NCBI RefSeq assembly: GCF_032062105.1 | Contig: NW_026934432.1 | Span: 248,001 to 312,000, forward strand | Direction: 5' to 3' | Length of the DNA: 64,000 bases | From: Saccostrea cucullata | Taxonomy: Eukaryota | Shown: in pieces, positions 26,088 to 39,442 of the stretch | How the letters are laid out: each line of letters opens with the position of its first letter | Position numbering within the stretch: position 1 is the first letter of the stretch | Made by a program: the position numbers and the translations under genes | The notes under the pieces: generated by a model | The model's database searches: none | What the model was told of the DNA's origin: nothing | What the model saw: the letters and a program-made list of their open reading frames with translations, nothing else

Positions 26088-27018
26088 AACATAAACAAGT
26101 CTGATAAAGAATTTAATAACAATTAAAAAGAATACAATACATGAATACATGTACATTCAAAAAATCCCAGAACCAACAAACAACAAGTTAGATACTACAA
26201 AACCTGGCAATATTGTGAAATTCCAGTAAATCAAAAGTTAAATAAATTTAACAAAATACAATTTATGTTAACTACATAAATGTTTCCTTTAAATAAAAAA
26301 GGAGGATTCACAATAAAAATTACCCTTTTGAAATATTTTTTTATACCGGTATATGTTTTACACACGGAAGTATTTTTTGTTATAATTTTTCTAAATGTTT
26401 TTATGAAGAAGCCAAGAGGAACTTTTTAAGATATTCACTTTACATGAACATTATTGTATCACAAAAAGTCCTAGACATGAACAACTTTGCTTCGCTTTAA
26501 ATATATTCTTGAATCTGCTCATGAAATGTTCATGAAGATCCTGTGAAATTAATATTGGACCCTCTTGATTTCGTTAAAGGTTAGAATCGTTATAGCCATT
26601 GAGATAACAATAATGTTTGAAGTCATGGAAAGCGTCAGTTCTAAATAAGAAAGTTCGTTGTGTTTTCCAAAAATAGAAAACAATAAAAAAAACCGATCAT
26701 TTTCAGGTACTAGTATCTACTGTTAAATGACAATTTATAAAACAAAATGTGTGCCATGTACCTTACAATGCGCTAAAGGATAAAGGTTGCAGCACAGGTG
26801 TGTTCACACAACAGTGTTAACATTGGAGTAAATGAAAACATTCAGATAATAGTATAGACAGAAAGAAAGGGACCATTCATCAAAATATTCAAATGATAAG
26901 AAATTAAAGAAAAATCAATAAACTCACACTTGCATACTTTTTGGACATGCATTTCATCGAAATTTAAATATGAAATTCAAAAAAAGGGAAAAAAAAAAAA
27001 CATAGTTTAATAGAAAAG

Positions 27019-30000
27019 CTATTTATATGCTACTTCATCATAGCTAGGGGGCGGGGCTGAGGGCGATTTATCCGGTTCATGCCATCTGCTGGTTTCTGAG
27101 GACTGATTTGGAGTTTCTGTATTGTACTGTGGCTGTGGGTTATATTGAGGTTGTGTGTTGTACTCTGGTTGAGTGTTGTACTGAGGTTGTGTGTTGTACT
27201 CTGTTTGTGTGTTGTATTGTGGTTGTGAATTGTACTGTGTTTGTGTGTTGTACTGAGGCGTATACTGTGTTGCATAATTGCCTGGCGGATACACGGTGGT
27301 GTTACCACTTGGATTTTGTGCATTATATGATGGATAATGGTAAGTTGATTGGTTTACCATAGGCACTACAAAAAAGAAAAAAATCCTTTTAAAAAGAGAA
27401 TTTTTTTCTATTTTTCTAACGAGCTACCATAACAGATTTATTGACCATGCTCTTTGACCACTGAACATTACAATATATTTCATTGACAAAGAAAAACATT
27501 AACCTTTCACTAAAGATTAAAAGCAAAAGAAAAAAAAAAGATTTGATAATTGAGCACAATACAAACTAATATATGTCTGAACTAAGTTTGATTTTTTGGG
27601 CGCGTGATATATATTTTCTTTAAAAGGATTAATTAATTGTACAATGACTTAAATTTCGTTTTTATAATAGTAAATACACACATCTACGTTTTAACATTAA
27701 ATGTTATGAATAAAATCCTTAGAGATATATTTTTGTGATAGACTAAAGCTCGTTGCACTTACCTGCATTTTCCTGAGTTGGTACTAAAACCTGGCCTTGC
27801 GATGACTTTCGCTTGCACGCACACCAGCAGCAACAACCAATCAAAAGTCCAATGAAAACACAACCCCCCACAATACCTCCTACGATAGCTCCGACGAGAT
27901 TCTTCTTATTTTTTTTATCTATTGTAAAGCAGACATGAACAAATCCATAATATACAAACTACATGTATTTTAAACCGGTCAGCAGGGTTGGGATGCTCAC
28001 TCCCCAATGGCACCTGGCCTGTGGGCCATAAAAATTAGACGAGCTCACTTTTGATCTCAGTCTCACTTTCCCACTATATATTCCTTTGGTTAAAAAGAGA
28101 CTGAGATCAAAAGTGAGCTCGTTTAAAGTTTTATGGCCCCCAGGCCTGATCTGAGTTACGCGAAAAACGAATTTCTCCGCCAGACATTAATGTTAAAATA
28201 TGCTCAATTTGAAGCCATTTCTGAGAAAAATTGTTCTATTGACTTGTCTACAGTGAAATTAAATTAATAGTAAGGAATGAAGCTTATCTTACCCTACAGT
28301 TTAACCTTCGCTGTTTATAAAGCTTAAACTGCTCCAAGTTATGCTTTTTCGTATAACACAGTTTAAAATAAACTTCATTTTCAAATTTTTGAAAATGGAA
28401 AATTTACACTTACAATCAAAAACTTTTGTAGCAGTAATGTGAAGTTTGAACTTAGCATTTTGTGTCGATTTTCTCCCACGCTTCTCAAAAAATATGTACA
28501 TGTAGTCGTCCTGAGAGCCACAAAATTTTTTGTAGACATTTTCCCCGCAACTAACACTCTGCAAAACAAATTCAATCAATCATCAACCAATAATTTATTT
28601 TTCTCTTTAAAAAACTCAGCACAGTTAAGGTTACAGTAAGGAGGCAGGGCCTAATTTTTACGGGAAATGTTTACTATGACGTCACACATAATATAAGGTC
28701 TTCAAAATACCACAAAATGAAATAATTATTTGCTATTTCATAAGCTAGATAGCTGTATACTATATACAAACTTACTAATACATGCAGTTTTGTCGTTTCT
28801 TTAATCCCACACAATAGTATTTAAACGATGCATCGATCGCAATGCACTTGTCACTGTGACATCATCTCGCAAAAATGACGCAATTTGTACACAGTGAGAG
28901 GCTGATCATGTCACATTTTGTACAATGAATAATGTCTTTTGTTCTCAAATAAAATATTATTTGCAGTTAAATGAAAGGCAGTTAACTTGGATGCGATTTC
29001 TATTTTAGTATTTTATTTATAAACTGTATTAACATTCGCCAGACAAGCGATACTGTTGTGCGTTTGTATGCAGATTTATTGAAAAGGTAATGGAAGGGCC
29101 CTAATAAATCGATTTATTGCAAGGGCATACCCTTAATGTATCTTGTCAAGTTTTTACACATGAACTCAAGAAGCATTAAGATATTTGAAAGGCTATATTT
29201 AATGTAGTTCGCCAGCAAAATATTCAACCTGCCCTCCAACAATTTAAATTTTAGCAATTAAAAAAGGGAATCTATATAGGATCGCAGCACTTTTCACAAA
29301 CTACATATAGTGTTTTAAAGGATTATAAATTAAACTAAAATTTTCAACATGGTTATGCCCTTGCAATATTGAAATTTATAGATGACCTCTAAACTGCAAG
29401 TATAAATGCTAAAATCATGTGACGTCGACACCACGTGACAAGTCTAAATAAAAAATCTAAATGTCCTCAACCTGCTGATTTAAACCACATTGCATTTTTT
29501 TTTATATCAGTGAAGTCCTAAAAAGAATCGCCCATCCCAATAAAGCATGTATTTTTTATCTTAAAAAATCGCCGTTATTTCCATTTGTAACCTTAACTGT
29601 GCTGCGAAGTTACATTACCGCTACATTGCCTTTTTAATTAGTCAACATCTTATATGTACACAGGGTGATTAAGACTTAAGATGTTTTATTTCAATTCAAT
29701 TTTTATTACAGTACAGTCCCCGAGTGAACCTACCTGTAGTGTTCGGCCACCATAGGAAGATTTATAATCCAATCTCACAGAACAGTAGGGGTCATTGAAA
29801 TATATTGGTGTAACACAGATTTCATATTCATCCAAGATGTTATATCCTCTTCCATTAAATGACATGTAATCACACCAAGTCGAAACCTTTTCCCCTTTAT
29901 ATTCAACGTAAATTTGCCTATTCTCACTGACGTCATCCAAAGAAACGGAGCAATCCTCTCCAAATTCATCTGTGTAAGATTTCAGCAATTAAAAATATGT

Positions 30001-30354
30001 AAATATTCAGCAAAATGTTAGCGATTTCAAAGGCCCTCTGTTGCTTTGCCTCAATTCCCTTAGTGCACTTTCTAACACATAATTTCATTAAATTTTATAA
30101 AAATGTTTCGTTTTCTATATATAATTCTATTATAGTCATCAAGTACGGGAAAAATGACAAGAACTCAATTATTACATCATAATGGATCCAGTACCAATCT
30201 TAATTCATTTACTCCATGTACATCTTGGAAAAAATGAAGTCGAAAAAAAAAAATTCAGATAAGACTTACATGTGACAGTTAAAGTTCCTTCTGTGAAAAT
30301 TATAGCAGTCCATAGAATTGATAATAATTGAAGAAATCTGTGAATGGATATCAT
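27019..30354 (-). CDS. Paralog B: uncharacterised type I membrane protein (CUB-like ectodomain, Cys-rich juxtamembrane region, YxxQ repeats, PSAP/PPxY), 322 aa
   Basis: Exons 30354-30270, 29969-29734, 28558-28414, 27918-27763, 27365-27019, all GT-AG and in frame (969 nt): MISIHRFLQLLSILWTAIIFTEG..YEFGEDCSV..EICVTPIYFNDPYCSV..VSCGE..KFCGS..LVGAIVGGIVGVVFFIGLLIGCCCWCACKRK..PSAPPPSYDEVAYK. Confidence 0.9.
27110..27260 (-). repeat. Coding 18-bp minisatellite encoding (Q/E)YNTQ(P/T) x8
   Basis: Unit approximately CAGTACAACACACAACCT in the last exon of gene B. Confidence 0.85.
28017..28145. mobile_element. 129-bp Harbinger-like MITE in intron 3 of gene B
   Basis: Long TIRs GCCTG.GGGCCATAAAA..ACGAGCTCACTTTTGATCTCAGTCTC; CTG duplicated on both sides (CWG-type TSD). 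Confidence 0.75.
28617..29604. mobile_element. Non-autonomous TIR transposon, copy 2 (same family as 4925-5898), in intron 2 of gene B
   Basis: Perfect 18-bp TIR CAGCACAGTTAAGGTTAC / GTAACCTTAACTGTGCTG; colinear similarity with copy 1. Confidence 0.85.
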
Positions 30355-30611
30355 CCTCTATCTACAATTTTCAACATGAAAAATGGAAATTATCATTAGT
30401 ATTCTGGTCTAATGTTATTCTTACATATATATCATTTCAGCTTTTAAGAATGCCTACCTGATAAACTTCTATCAATTCTTGGCTAATTTCACTCATTTAT
30501 GATATCCAATATACATGTTTAGTCTTGTACATCTTTGGTTCAATTTACATCATTTCAAAAAAAAACTATTGTAAAGATCTTTTAGCATTATTTTAGATAT
30601 AGATGACTTAA

Positions 30612-33481
30612 GGGGGGACCTATGTCCGAAAAGTCTTTGTGTGAAATTTTCAAAACTTTGACATTTCTTTCCTGACCACTTGCTCATAATTTTTAGGTAT
30701 TAAAAACAATACCTTTATATGCTTATTTTTTGCAAAAACAGTGTGAAATGCTAAAAATAGATTAAAATTTTTGGCAAATATGCGCTAAAAAGAGAAATGT
30801 CAAATCATATTTAAAATCAACACTTATTTAATTTATATGACTTGTATCTTTAAAATTGGCAAATTCATTGAAATCCATCTCGCATGAAAAATTATAATGG
30901 AGCACAATGTAAGTACTACCCCATTTTTCTTGGGGTATTTTTATAATTCCGACATGCATAACAGGTAATACTTAAAAATTGTGTGAAAATTTTGTAATTC
31001 ATATTTTTTGAAAGAAATGATTCATCTCTTTATTTCAACAAAGAAAAGAGTATGCCTTTATGATAAAATAAACGAGAAATATGACGTTTCCTTTTATTTT
31101 TGTACTCTTGTGTCATAAATATTGACCTTTTGCACAAAGCACTGACAAACACTTAAATATAAAACTATTTTGCAGAAAACGAGTATTTTGTTTTGATTAG
31201 AAACAATTTAAATAGATAATTTTTTTTCTACATTCCTTTCCCCGTCAACAACCAATGCCTATTAAAACCTAGGAATGACTTTATACAATAAAATCTACAT
31301 GTACTATATAAATCAATAAGCAAATATACACCCTTTTACATTTTTAAATTTTTTTTTAGTTTTCTCCAGAAAATCGATTAATGGTAATTATAAAATTAAA
31401 CATTTTCCCCTGATTTAAGCCACTTTCTTTCCAGAATTTTATCTCTTTTTTGCACTATTATATCAGCATATTATCAGGGTATTTTTTCGTAACAGAAATT
31501 GCTATGAATTATCAACCAAAGGAAGAGAATTCTAATATTAACAAACTCCATAAATCAAATAAAACAGAGATTAATTAAGAAATAAACAACGTTATTCAGT
31601 GAACATGGCGTTATGAATAGCAATTGCTCTGCTGGCATATTCCATGATGCGCGCTAGCGCATCTTGGAAAATATGCCAGCAGAGCTATTGCTATTCATAA
31701 TGCCATGTTCACTGAATAATCGTTGTTTATTACTTATATTTGCATTCTTTGATTTTTTTTTTCAAGAATATCAAAAAATTACAAATGGACGCAGCTTCTT
31801 GTCTTTAGTGAAGAAAAACATACGGCTTTAAAATCAGTAAACCTGATTAATGCTCCTTTTCTCTAATAAATCACAAACATATTTATAAAGTATTTCCCTC
31901 TCAAACACAGTTATCTGGATACAAGCAGCGCCGTCATCACATTTTTGTTTTGATGCAGTTGTGACGTCATCGATCAACGTTATTTAAACCCTCTGACAAA
32001 AATCAATAATTTAACACTATGATGAAAACTGAGAATGCTTTTATAATGATTATTACTCCAGAATGCTTTTCTATAATTTTTTTTTAGTTTATCTATTTAT
32101 TTATTTTTAAGAGCTGAAATCATTCTTGAAATAGACACACTAATTAAAGAAATTTTCTCTTTCTGAATGTTATTACCCAAGTGTGAAGAGTTATCGTTCT
32201 TTGTTCAAATTTGCATGATACAAAAAATAAAAATATGGTAGTTCTTACAATTTTTAAAAAGTTTTATTTTACAATTAAATGCATTCACCAAAATTGAATT
32301 TTTAAAGATATAAATCAGCAATTTTAAATATTCTGAATCTCCTTTTTTTTAAAGAATATTATTAAAAACTTATTTTTATTCCCCTTGTAAAACATTTCAT
32401 ATATATACTTCTCAACACAGAACGTAAATGTAGTACTTATAGATTGTTCTACACGAGTGTGATAGAGCAATTGCACTCATAATAGAAGCAGTTGCGTCTA
32501 TAGTCCTATGAACGCAGTTGATGACTACATGTTCATAGTGGGAGAGAGCAGTGGATATGCAAATATTGATGAATAAATTTTCCTTTTTGTAAATTTTGTA
32601 CGTAATTGATTATCAACAATGTTATGCCTATATCACAGTTGCAAAAGTCAACAGGTAAAAACAAATGTCGCTATTGTGACGTCACATAACGCTGCCTTGA
32701 CGTAGAACGACATAATAATTTAGTGCCAGAATACTTAATGGACATCCTTCCAAATATGCGCTGTAACACATCTATCTACTCGACAAGAAATTCTCAAAAT
32801 TATGATATTCCAAAGTGTCGATTACAAACTTATAAGTCTACGTTTATATAAAAATGGAATCCATTCCACTTGAAACTCGAAATTTACAGTCAATGTCAAA
32901 ATTCAAATCTAAAATTAGTAATAAAAAATCTATCTGCCCCACCTTCTTAACTTTGATTACGGTAACAGAAGACTTAATGTTCTTCAAACCAGACTACGAC
33001 ATAATTGTGTATTAAATAACGACCTTTATAGATGCAATTTAATATCAAGTCCCTTGTGCACATGCGGTAAAGTTGAGGACACATATCATTATTTTTTCGT
33101 ATGTCCAAAGACAGAAATGAATTTTTAAATAAAAATTTGATAAAATTACTAGATTGCTTAAAATTATGCTGCAGAGAATGAACGTCTTTTTCTTTTGTTC
33201 AAACATTTATTAAGCATTCTGGTAGATTTCCTTGTTAATTACTGTACCTATATATTAATATATGAATTTGTTCAACTTTTATATATTTATACAAATATGC
33301 AAAATGCATCAATTTGTTTACTTTTGCAAATTCTGAATCCTTTATATAGCAAAATAATATCAATGTGTAATTTACATGTATAGGGAGAGGGCGTTATAAG
33401 TATTCAGTACTTGTGCTCAATCCCTTTGTAATTATATTACTATAAAATATGTTCAAATCAATCAACGACATAGGTCTCCCC
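30612..33481. mobile_element. Kolobok-like non-autonomous element (TTAA TSD) with a nested hairpin element
   Basis: TTAA-GGGGGGACCTATGTC ... GACATAGGTCTCCCC-TTAA; nested hairpin at 31581-31731. Confidence 0.8.
31581..31731. repeat. ~150-bp hairpin, probably the end of a nested Crypton-like element
   Basis: Arms AATAAACAACG.TATTCAGTGAACATGGC.TTATGAATAGCAAT.GCTCTGCTGGCATATT and its reverse complement; tip GCGCTAGC. Confidence 0.85.
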
Positions 33482-36400
33482 TTAACAACATATTTAATTA
33501 ACCTTTTCAGTGGCAGATCCAGGATTCAAAGGGGCCGCCCGACCAGTTTGAGGTTCGTTTAGGACAAACAGACATTTAATTATCATAATTTTTAACAAAA
33601 TACCTGTATCTTTTTTCCGCTGACTTCAAATTGAAATTCTTCTATTTGAAATCAGTTTGTGTAGAGATCTTTTCCAGTCGTTGTTATCTAAACGATGCTT
33701 TTCGCTTTATTTTTCCTCACAAACTTTACTTACAGTTTCGTCTTTTTGGAGGTACAATCGCACCTTAACGCTACAGAGGGAATGAAACTAAAAAAAAATA
33801 AAATTGAAAGTAAGATGCATAGACTATAGTTTGCATAGGCGTCGGAAACATTTTTACTAAAAATACGAACTCAAAAAATTTATAACTGTAATGGCTGACC
33901 ATATTTTGCCCGACCTAAATACTGCATCAAAAGAATAACTTTGAATGATACATGTTCAAGCCTGTAATTTTTGTAACAACAAATGTATAGAAATATGTAG
34001 CCAAATATGGAGTTCTTAGATTTTGAAAGAAATAAAAGTTATAGGTCAAATCAATTACCTACTTACTGTAGTAAGACGTCCGATGTTCCTTAATCATTAA
34101 TGCATAATGCGTATACGTATGGCGGACCGTTCTTGTCTAATACTGCTAAAAATGTGAGGTTTAGCACCATGGACATATATACATAAACTTAAATATGACA
34201 AAATAATTAATCGTTATTGAAAGTACACAAAATCAACACACCCAAAATAAACAAGGATTACAAACAAATGTAAACAAAAACATGGATAAGAACAATGTAA
34301 AGACAAATTTTCAAAAGGCATTATCAACGTTTTAGTCATCAGTGCATTCAGTATTGTATATAAAAATATAATATACTAAATCTTAATTTAAATTTAGTAC
34401 TCACTTAACATAAAGGGGAAAAAACAGAATTCAAAGTATTAATAATTTTCTTCAATTAAATTACAGACTTTCTAACTAAAGACATGTTATTAATAAAATT
34501 ACAATTACTTTGCAAAATTATTACATTTTTCTGAAAATTTTGTCAATGAATATACAGAACATCTAAGGGCAACCTTTGCATAAACAATGCAAGATATAAT
34601 AATTATGCTATAAGCATTGCGTATCTTTGCTGTGTAAATTGTAACTTTTATTTACAACATGTATACAAGAACTGACCAGGATTACTTTGATACAGTTACC
34701 TACACACTGCATGGCTTATGATATTTGATTAAAAGTGGTTAATTTTAAGAGCAAAACTCCTGAAATTCAATATTTTCTTGAATTGAAGCTAGGTAAGCTG
34801 AACATCCTAAAGAGCTATTTCTGTTGAACATTTTTACTTCATAAATAAAACTTGTACTTACTATAACTTTTTTGAGTTTTTCAAATGCAAAATTTATTGA
34901 TAAAAATCTGTTTATATGTTATCAACAATAATTATCAATTTGAATCTGTTTTCTTTTCTAATGTTAAGGGAGCTTTTTTAATTGAAATAATTATCTCCAT
35001 TGGCTTTGTCCTCTAAATCATAAATTGAATACCTCCTTAGAGGAGTTTTGTTTTGATTGTAATTTACAGATGTGATTTGTAGGGCAATTATCTCTGCCCA
35101 ACAAGAGAGAACTCACAAAATTTAGGTAATTATAAGTTTTAAACCGAAAAAAATCAAATTTTACATATTAATGTTTACAAGAAACTAGATTATTATTATC
35201 ATTTATATAGTTTATCCTATTACAAGTGATTGAAAAAAAATTATTAAAGACAAGACATAACATTCATGTATAGAGCTCTGGATACATATGCGCAAGATGG
35301 ATTCAAACATAATGCAGTCTTAACCTTACGGTCATAATCACAATGTTTCGTCTGTGGAATTTTAAACATGTGAATGACTATTGAATTATTCTTAAATCTA
35401 GGGATATATCAAATTAGATACCTATAGTACGCACGACTTGCGATTCGTATGAATCACATACATGTATGTAGATTTTCATACCTAACTTGACTAAAATCTA
35501 GGTGCTCTTCTACTTATTACAAATGTAATTAGAGATTTTCATTCCTTATGTATAAACTATGTCATATTCAGTAAAAGAATAATTATACACAATTATAATT
35601 TCACATTCTTCACTAATTCTAAAAGAGCAACAAAAATACACAATCGATAAAAATTCTCAATAAATACTAAACGTTTGATTTCCCGATATTTATTTTCCTA
35701 AACCGACCTTTTATTCGAATTGAAGGAAAAGGAATTATTTTTGTTTTATTATTTTTCCATCTTTAGTCCCACAGTGTTTGTATTTGTTTGTTTCTAAAGA
35801 ATTTTTCCTATAACTATGTATATATTTCTTGGTAGATCTAGAGTAAATTTCAAACGTTGATAATTTAGTGGAAGGGTTTGTGAAGAATAACTTCAAGGAT
35901 TCAGAATGGTACAATGTATATAAACAACGTACACGAAGGATGGAGGATGATTAGAGTCGTCTGTGTTTTTCAAACCTGAAAGGAAAGTTAACTTTTGGGT
36001 TGATTTGCATTAGACGTTTATAATTATCATCTACTACTTAAGAACTCAAAGTTGAGTTCTTCCTCTTACATTTTTTCGCCTTTTTCATTCACAGAAATTA
36101 AGCAAAGACGTATAGTTTGAACGTTTTATTTCCTTTCATACACTTAATATACATAATTTCAATAATAAATGAAAATGGCTGGTAAAAATTAAATTAAGTT
36201 TCACCAATAAAGCGTTCGAAGGGACCAAAAGTCATTTGTTTTGAATCATATAATTAAAAACCAAACAAAAAAGGGGCCATGCATGTTGAACAGCAAAGTT
36301 TACATGTTTTATATAATACTTCCAACAATGAACTACTGTAATTTATCTATCGAATATTACCAAGATCTCGTCACAGCTTGTAAAAATATCGAAGTAGAAT

Positions 36401-37089
36401 ATTTTTCCCAGCAACATTTCTTCAATTACAACTGTAATAGAAGATTTGAGACAAATCTCTTGATTTTCTTTTCCTTCATGAAGAGTGCAGTACAAAAGAA
36501 CTTTTTATGATAAAGAACAGAGTAAGAAAGAGAAAGTAAATATACCATCACGACAGAGACTAAAATTGCAGAAAAGTATTCCAAATATTTGGGAAGACCC
36601 TTTTTCGCAAAGTTTTCAGCCTCAAAATCGTTGAACTATAACGATGAAATTATATTTTGCACATTCCAAGCATCAATTAATCTGTGTTAATGCCCTCCTG
36701 ATATGTACCTAAAATATCTCAGTTGATCTAAAATTTAAGATCTGACTTATAATGTGGTTCTAGACACAGATTATGTAGTTCTACCTATCGTCGAATACAT
36801 CAAATCGAAAATAAAGTTTCACTGATTAAATCAACTGATGATAAACAATTTGAATCGAAGGCACATGTTCATGTACATAGGAAAAGTTGACTTTCATTGC
36901 GGTCTCTAAACTAGTCTGAATGGCTGTTTATTCCTCCGTTTTCCATCTTTTATTTACATAATTCATAACCAACTAGTTAATGAATTAGGTCGTCATGGTT
37001 AGTTTAAAATACAGATATATATTCGATATCTTACCATTTCAACAGACTAGTATGAGGTACTACCACAAAATCGAACATATTGAAGTACT

Positions 37090-37835
37090 TCATTTCATTA
37101 CTTCATCATAGCTAGGGGGAGGGGCTGATGCTTGTTTTCCTGGTTTTTGCCATACACTTGCTTCTGCCGGCTGATAATGATGGTGTGTATACTGATGTTC
37201 TTCTGTATTACACTGAAGCTGCGCACTATACCCAGGTTGAGTATCATACTGAGATTGCGTATTATACTGAGATTGCATATTATACTCAGAGTGGGTATTG
37301 TACTCTGGCTGTGTATAATACTCGGGTTGTGTATTGTATTGAGCTGAACTTGGCGCTGTATAGTTTTCTGGTGGATAGGCAATTACACTTCCATTGTTAG
37401 GAAGCTGTGCATAATACGACGACGCAGAGGGATAAGTCTGTTGGTTTACCAAGGGAACTATAAATGTAAAAGAAAAAAAATAAATTTTAGATCAACATTA
37501 ACCTAAAATTAAACTTCTAAATTATGTTTTGGACCTGAAATATTAGGTCAATTACAAAATATATATATCTAAGATATCTCATATTCTTTGCATACCTGAA
37601 GTTGTCTGCGTTGGCCTTAAAACTTGGCCTTGCGTTGACTTCCGCTTGCAACAGCAGCAGATGGCAACCAAAAATAGAATTGAAAAGAAGGACACCGCAA
37701 CCACAATAAGCGCTGGAGGAACAAATCAGTAAGAATTTCAAAAACAGTATTGTTAAATGAGGGAAAAAATTATATTGCACTTGTACGTGTTTTAACAACA
37801 CTCACGGAAATTCAAACCGCCCACATCAGCAGAAA
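37090..37835 (-). CDS. Paralog C: TM + cytoplasmic-tail module (CCCC juxtamembrane, YxxQ repeats, PPxY); 5' end unresolved
   Basis: Exons 37835-37806 (30 nt, gtgagt donor), 37712-37596, 37457-37090 splice in frame: VSADVGGLNFPLIVVAVSFFSILFLVAICCCCKRKSTQGQVL..ASAPPPSYDEVMK; clearly paralogous to gene B; candidate first exon 38318/38303-38297. Confidence 0.8.
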
Positions 37836-38191
37836 CTTTAGGAATAAATGAAATTGCCAAAAATATGACAAACAAATGGAGGGTCATCTTTTAAAGCTGT
37901 AAATTGAAAAAAATATAATATGAAAATAGAGTGCTTTCATGAAGTAGATCCATATATATATCGGCTTAACAGAAAAACATAGAAAAACATTGGTAAGGCT
38001 ATAACAGGTAAAGAACCAATATTTTTGGACAGTTTTAACAATGGAGTTTTTAATAACAGCGTTTTTTTTTTTTCTTTTTTTTTTCTTTTGTTCATTTCTT
38101 CAAATAATAGCCAGCCTGGTTTAATATAAAATTCCGATCAAATAACTTTCTCTTTGCAAGGCTATTTTTAGATAATGTCCATCAACATTAA

Positions 38192-38513
38192 GGACAGACG
38201 AGACGTTCCTTAATAATAGATAAATTTTTCTAAGAGTTTGTCATTGAAGTATTGCTACTTAAACATGTTTACTCACAAAAAATTGAGGTACCTTACCAGG
38301 CATTTCTTCAAGATACATATACCAGGGGTAATTTTTCTTATATAATCCAATGGGGGAGAAAAATAATTTTCCAATTTCAAACGTTTAAGTGTTTGGATTT
38401 TATAAAAACGTTAAGAAACTGGTTTAGAGATCAGAATGTTATTGAAATTTTGAATATTTTTCATACATTACGAAGATACACAAAACAGATTTTGAGGAAC
38501 GTCTCGTCTGACC
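38192..38513. mobile_element. 322-bp Kolobok-like MITE (TTAA TSD)
   Basis: TTAA-GGACAGACGAGACGTTCCT ... AGGAACGTCTCGTCTGACC-TTAA; inverted copy starts at 63838. Confidence 0.88.
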
Positions 38514-38728
38514 TTAAGATTACATGTACATACATGTATACTGACATTATATATGACACTAAACCAGTTAGAAATACGCTCAAACTGGAATTTAAATCAT
38601 TTTTTAATAGTTTCATTGTTAGTTTGTATGTTTTTAATGTTAAATCGAGATTTTTAAAAATTCATGTTATGATGCCAACATTTTTCAGTTGATGGTTGCA
38701 AATTTTATTTACCCATGTGTTACTTTAA

Positions 38729-39236
38729 AGGAACATTGACACAGTTCAGCTAAAACTTTTCAATATTTTCCCATTCTTTTTCATATTTACAAATATTTAA
38801 CCGACGTATTTCTAATGATCATCAAAAATTTAAATTCAGTTGTCGAGATACAAGACAGATTTAAAAGAGTTCCAAACTATTGTTACGTAAACAGGACCTG
38901 TGCCATGTTTCTGTTAACATAGGTTTAATATACGTATAATTATGTTCCTTCAACGCAGATTTAAAAAAAGAAAAAGAAAGAAGTTAATTCTAAATACAAT
39001 TAGCCACTTTTTGGTGATTTGCTGAATCTCATTTTGTTTTTATGATATTTTCTATATGTAAACAAGAACAAGGCACAAGCCCTGTTTACATTATGAAGGA
39101 TTTTAAGTTCTGTATCTCCTTTGTAAATCGACAAATGATGTTCAAAAGTTTGATTATCATTAGAATTGCTACAATTAGGAATTGTAAACATTAAAATTGG
39201 TTTCCAAAAATCAGTTGAAAATGAGTCCATGTGCCA
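38729..39236. mobile_element. Kolobok-like MITE
   Basis: TTAA-AGGAACATTGACAC ... GAGTCCATGTGCCA-TTAA; internal inverted ACAAGGCACAAGCCCTGTTTAC segment. Confidence 0.7.
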
Positions 39237-39442
39237 TTAAGTTGTATAAAAAAGCCGTATTTATCTATTAGACAATAAGATCATATCTACGAAAGGTTTG
39301 TATATATATTTTTTAAAACAAAACAGATGAACTCTTTCTCTGTGATATATTAATTCCATATATAAAATATATTATGATGTTATTAGAGCTTCGGAACAAA
39401 ACAGTAGGCTAGCTAAGAATAATATTCAACGAAAACTGTGAT

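Noticed and set aside
27030-27362. Overlapping ORFs in other frames/strand over the gene B tail, and likewise 37098-37400
   Set aside because: By-products of the stop-poor 18-bp coding minisatellite; only the YNTQ frame splices to the TM exon
38252-38692. 146-aa plus-strand ORF
   Set aside because: Runs through an AT-rich MITE and has no protein-like features
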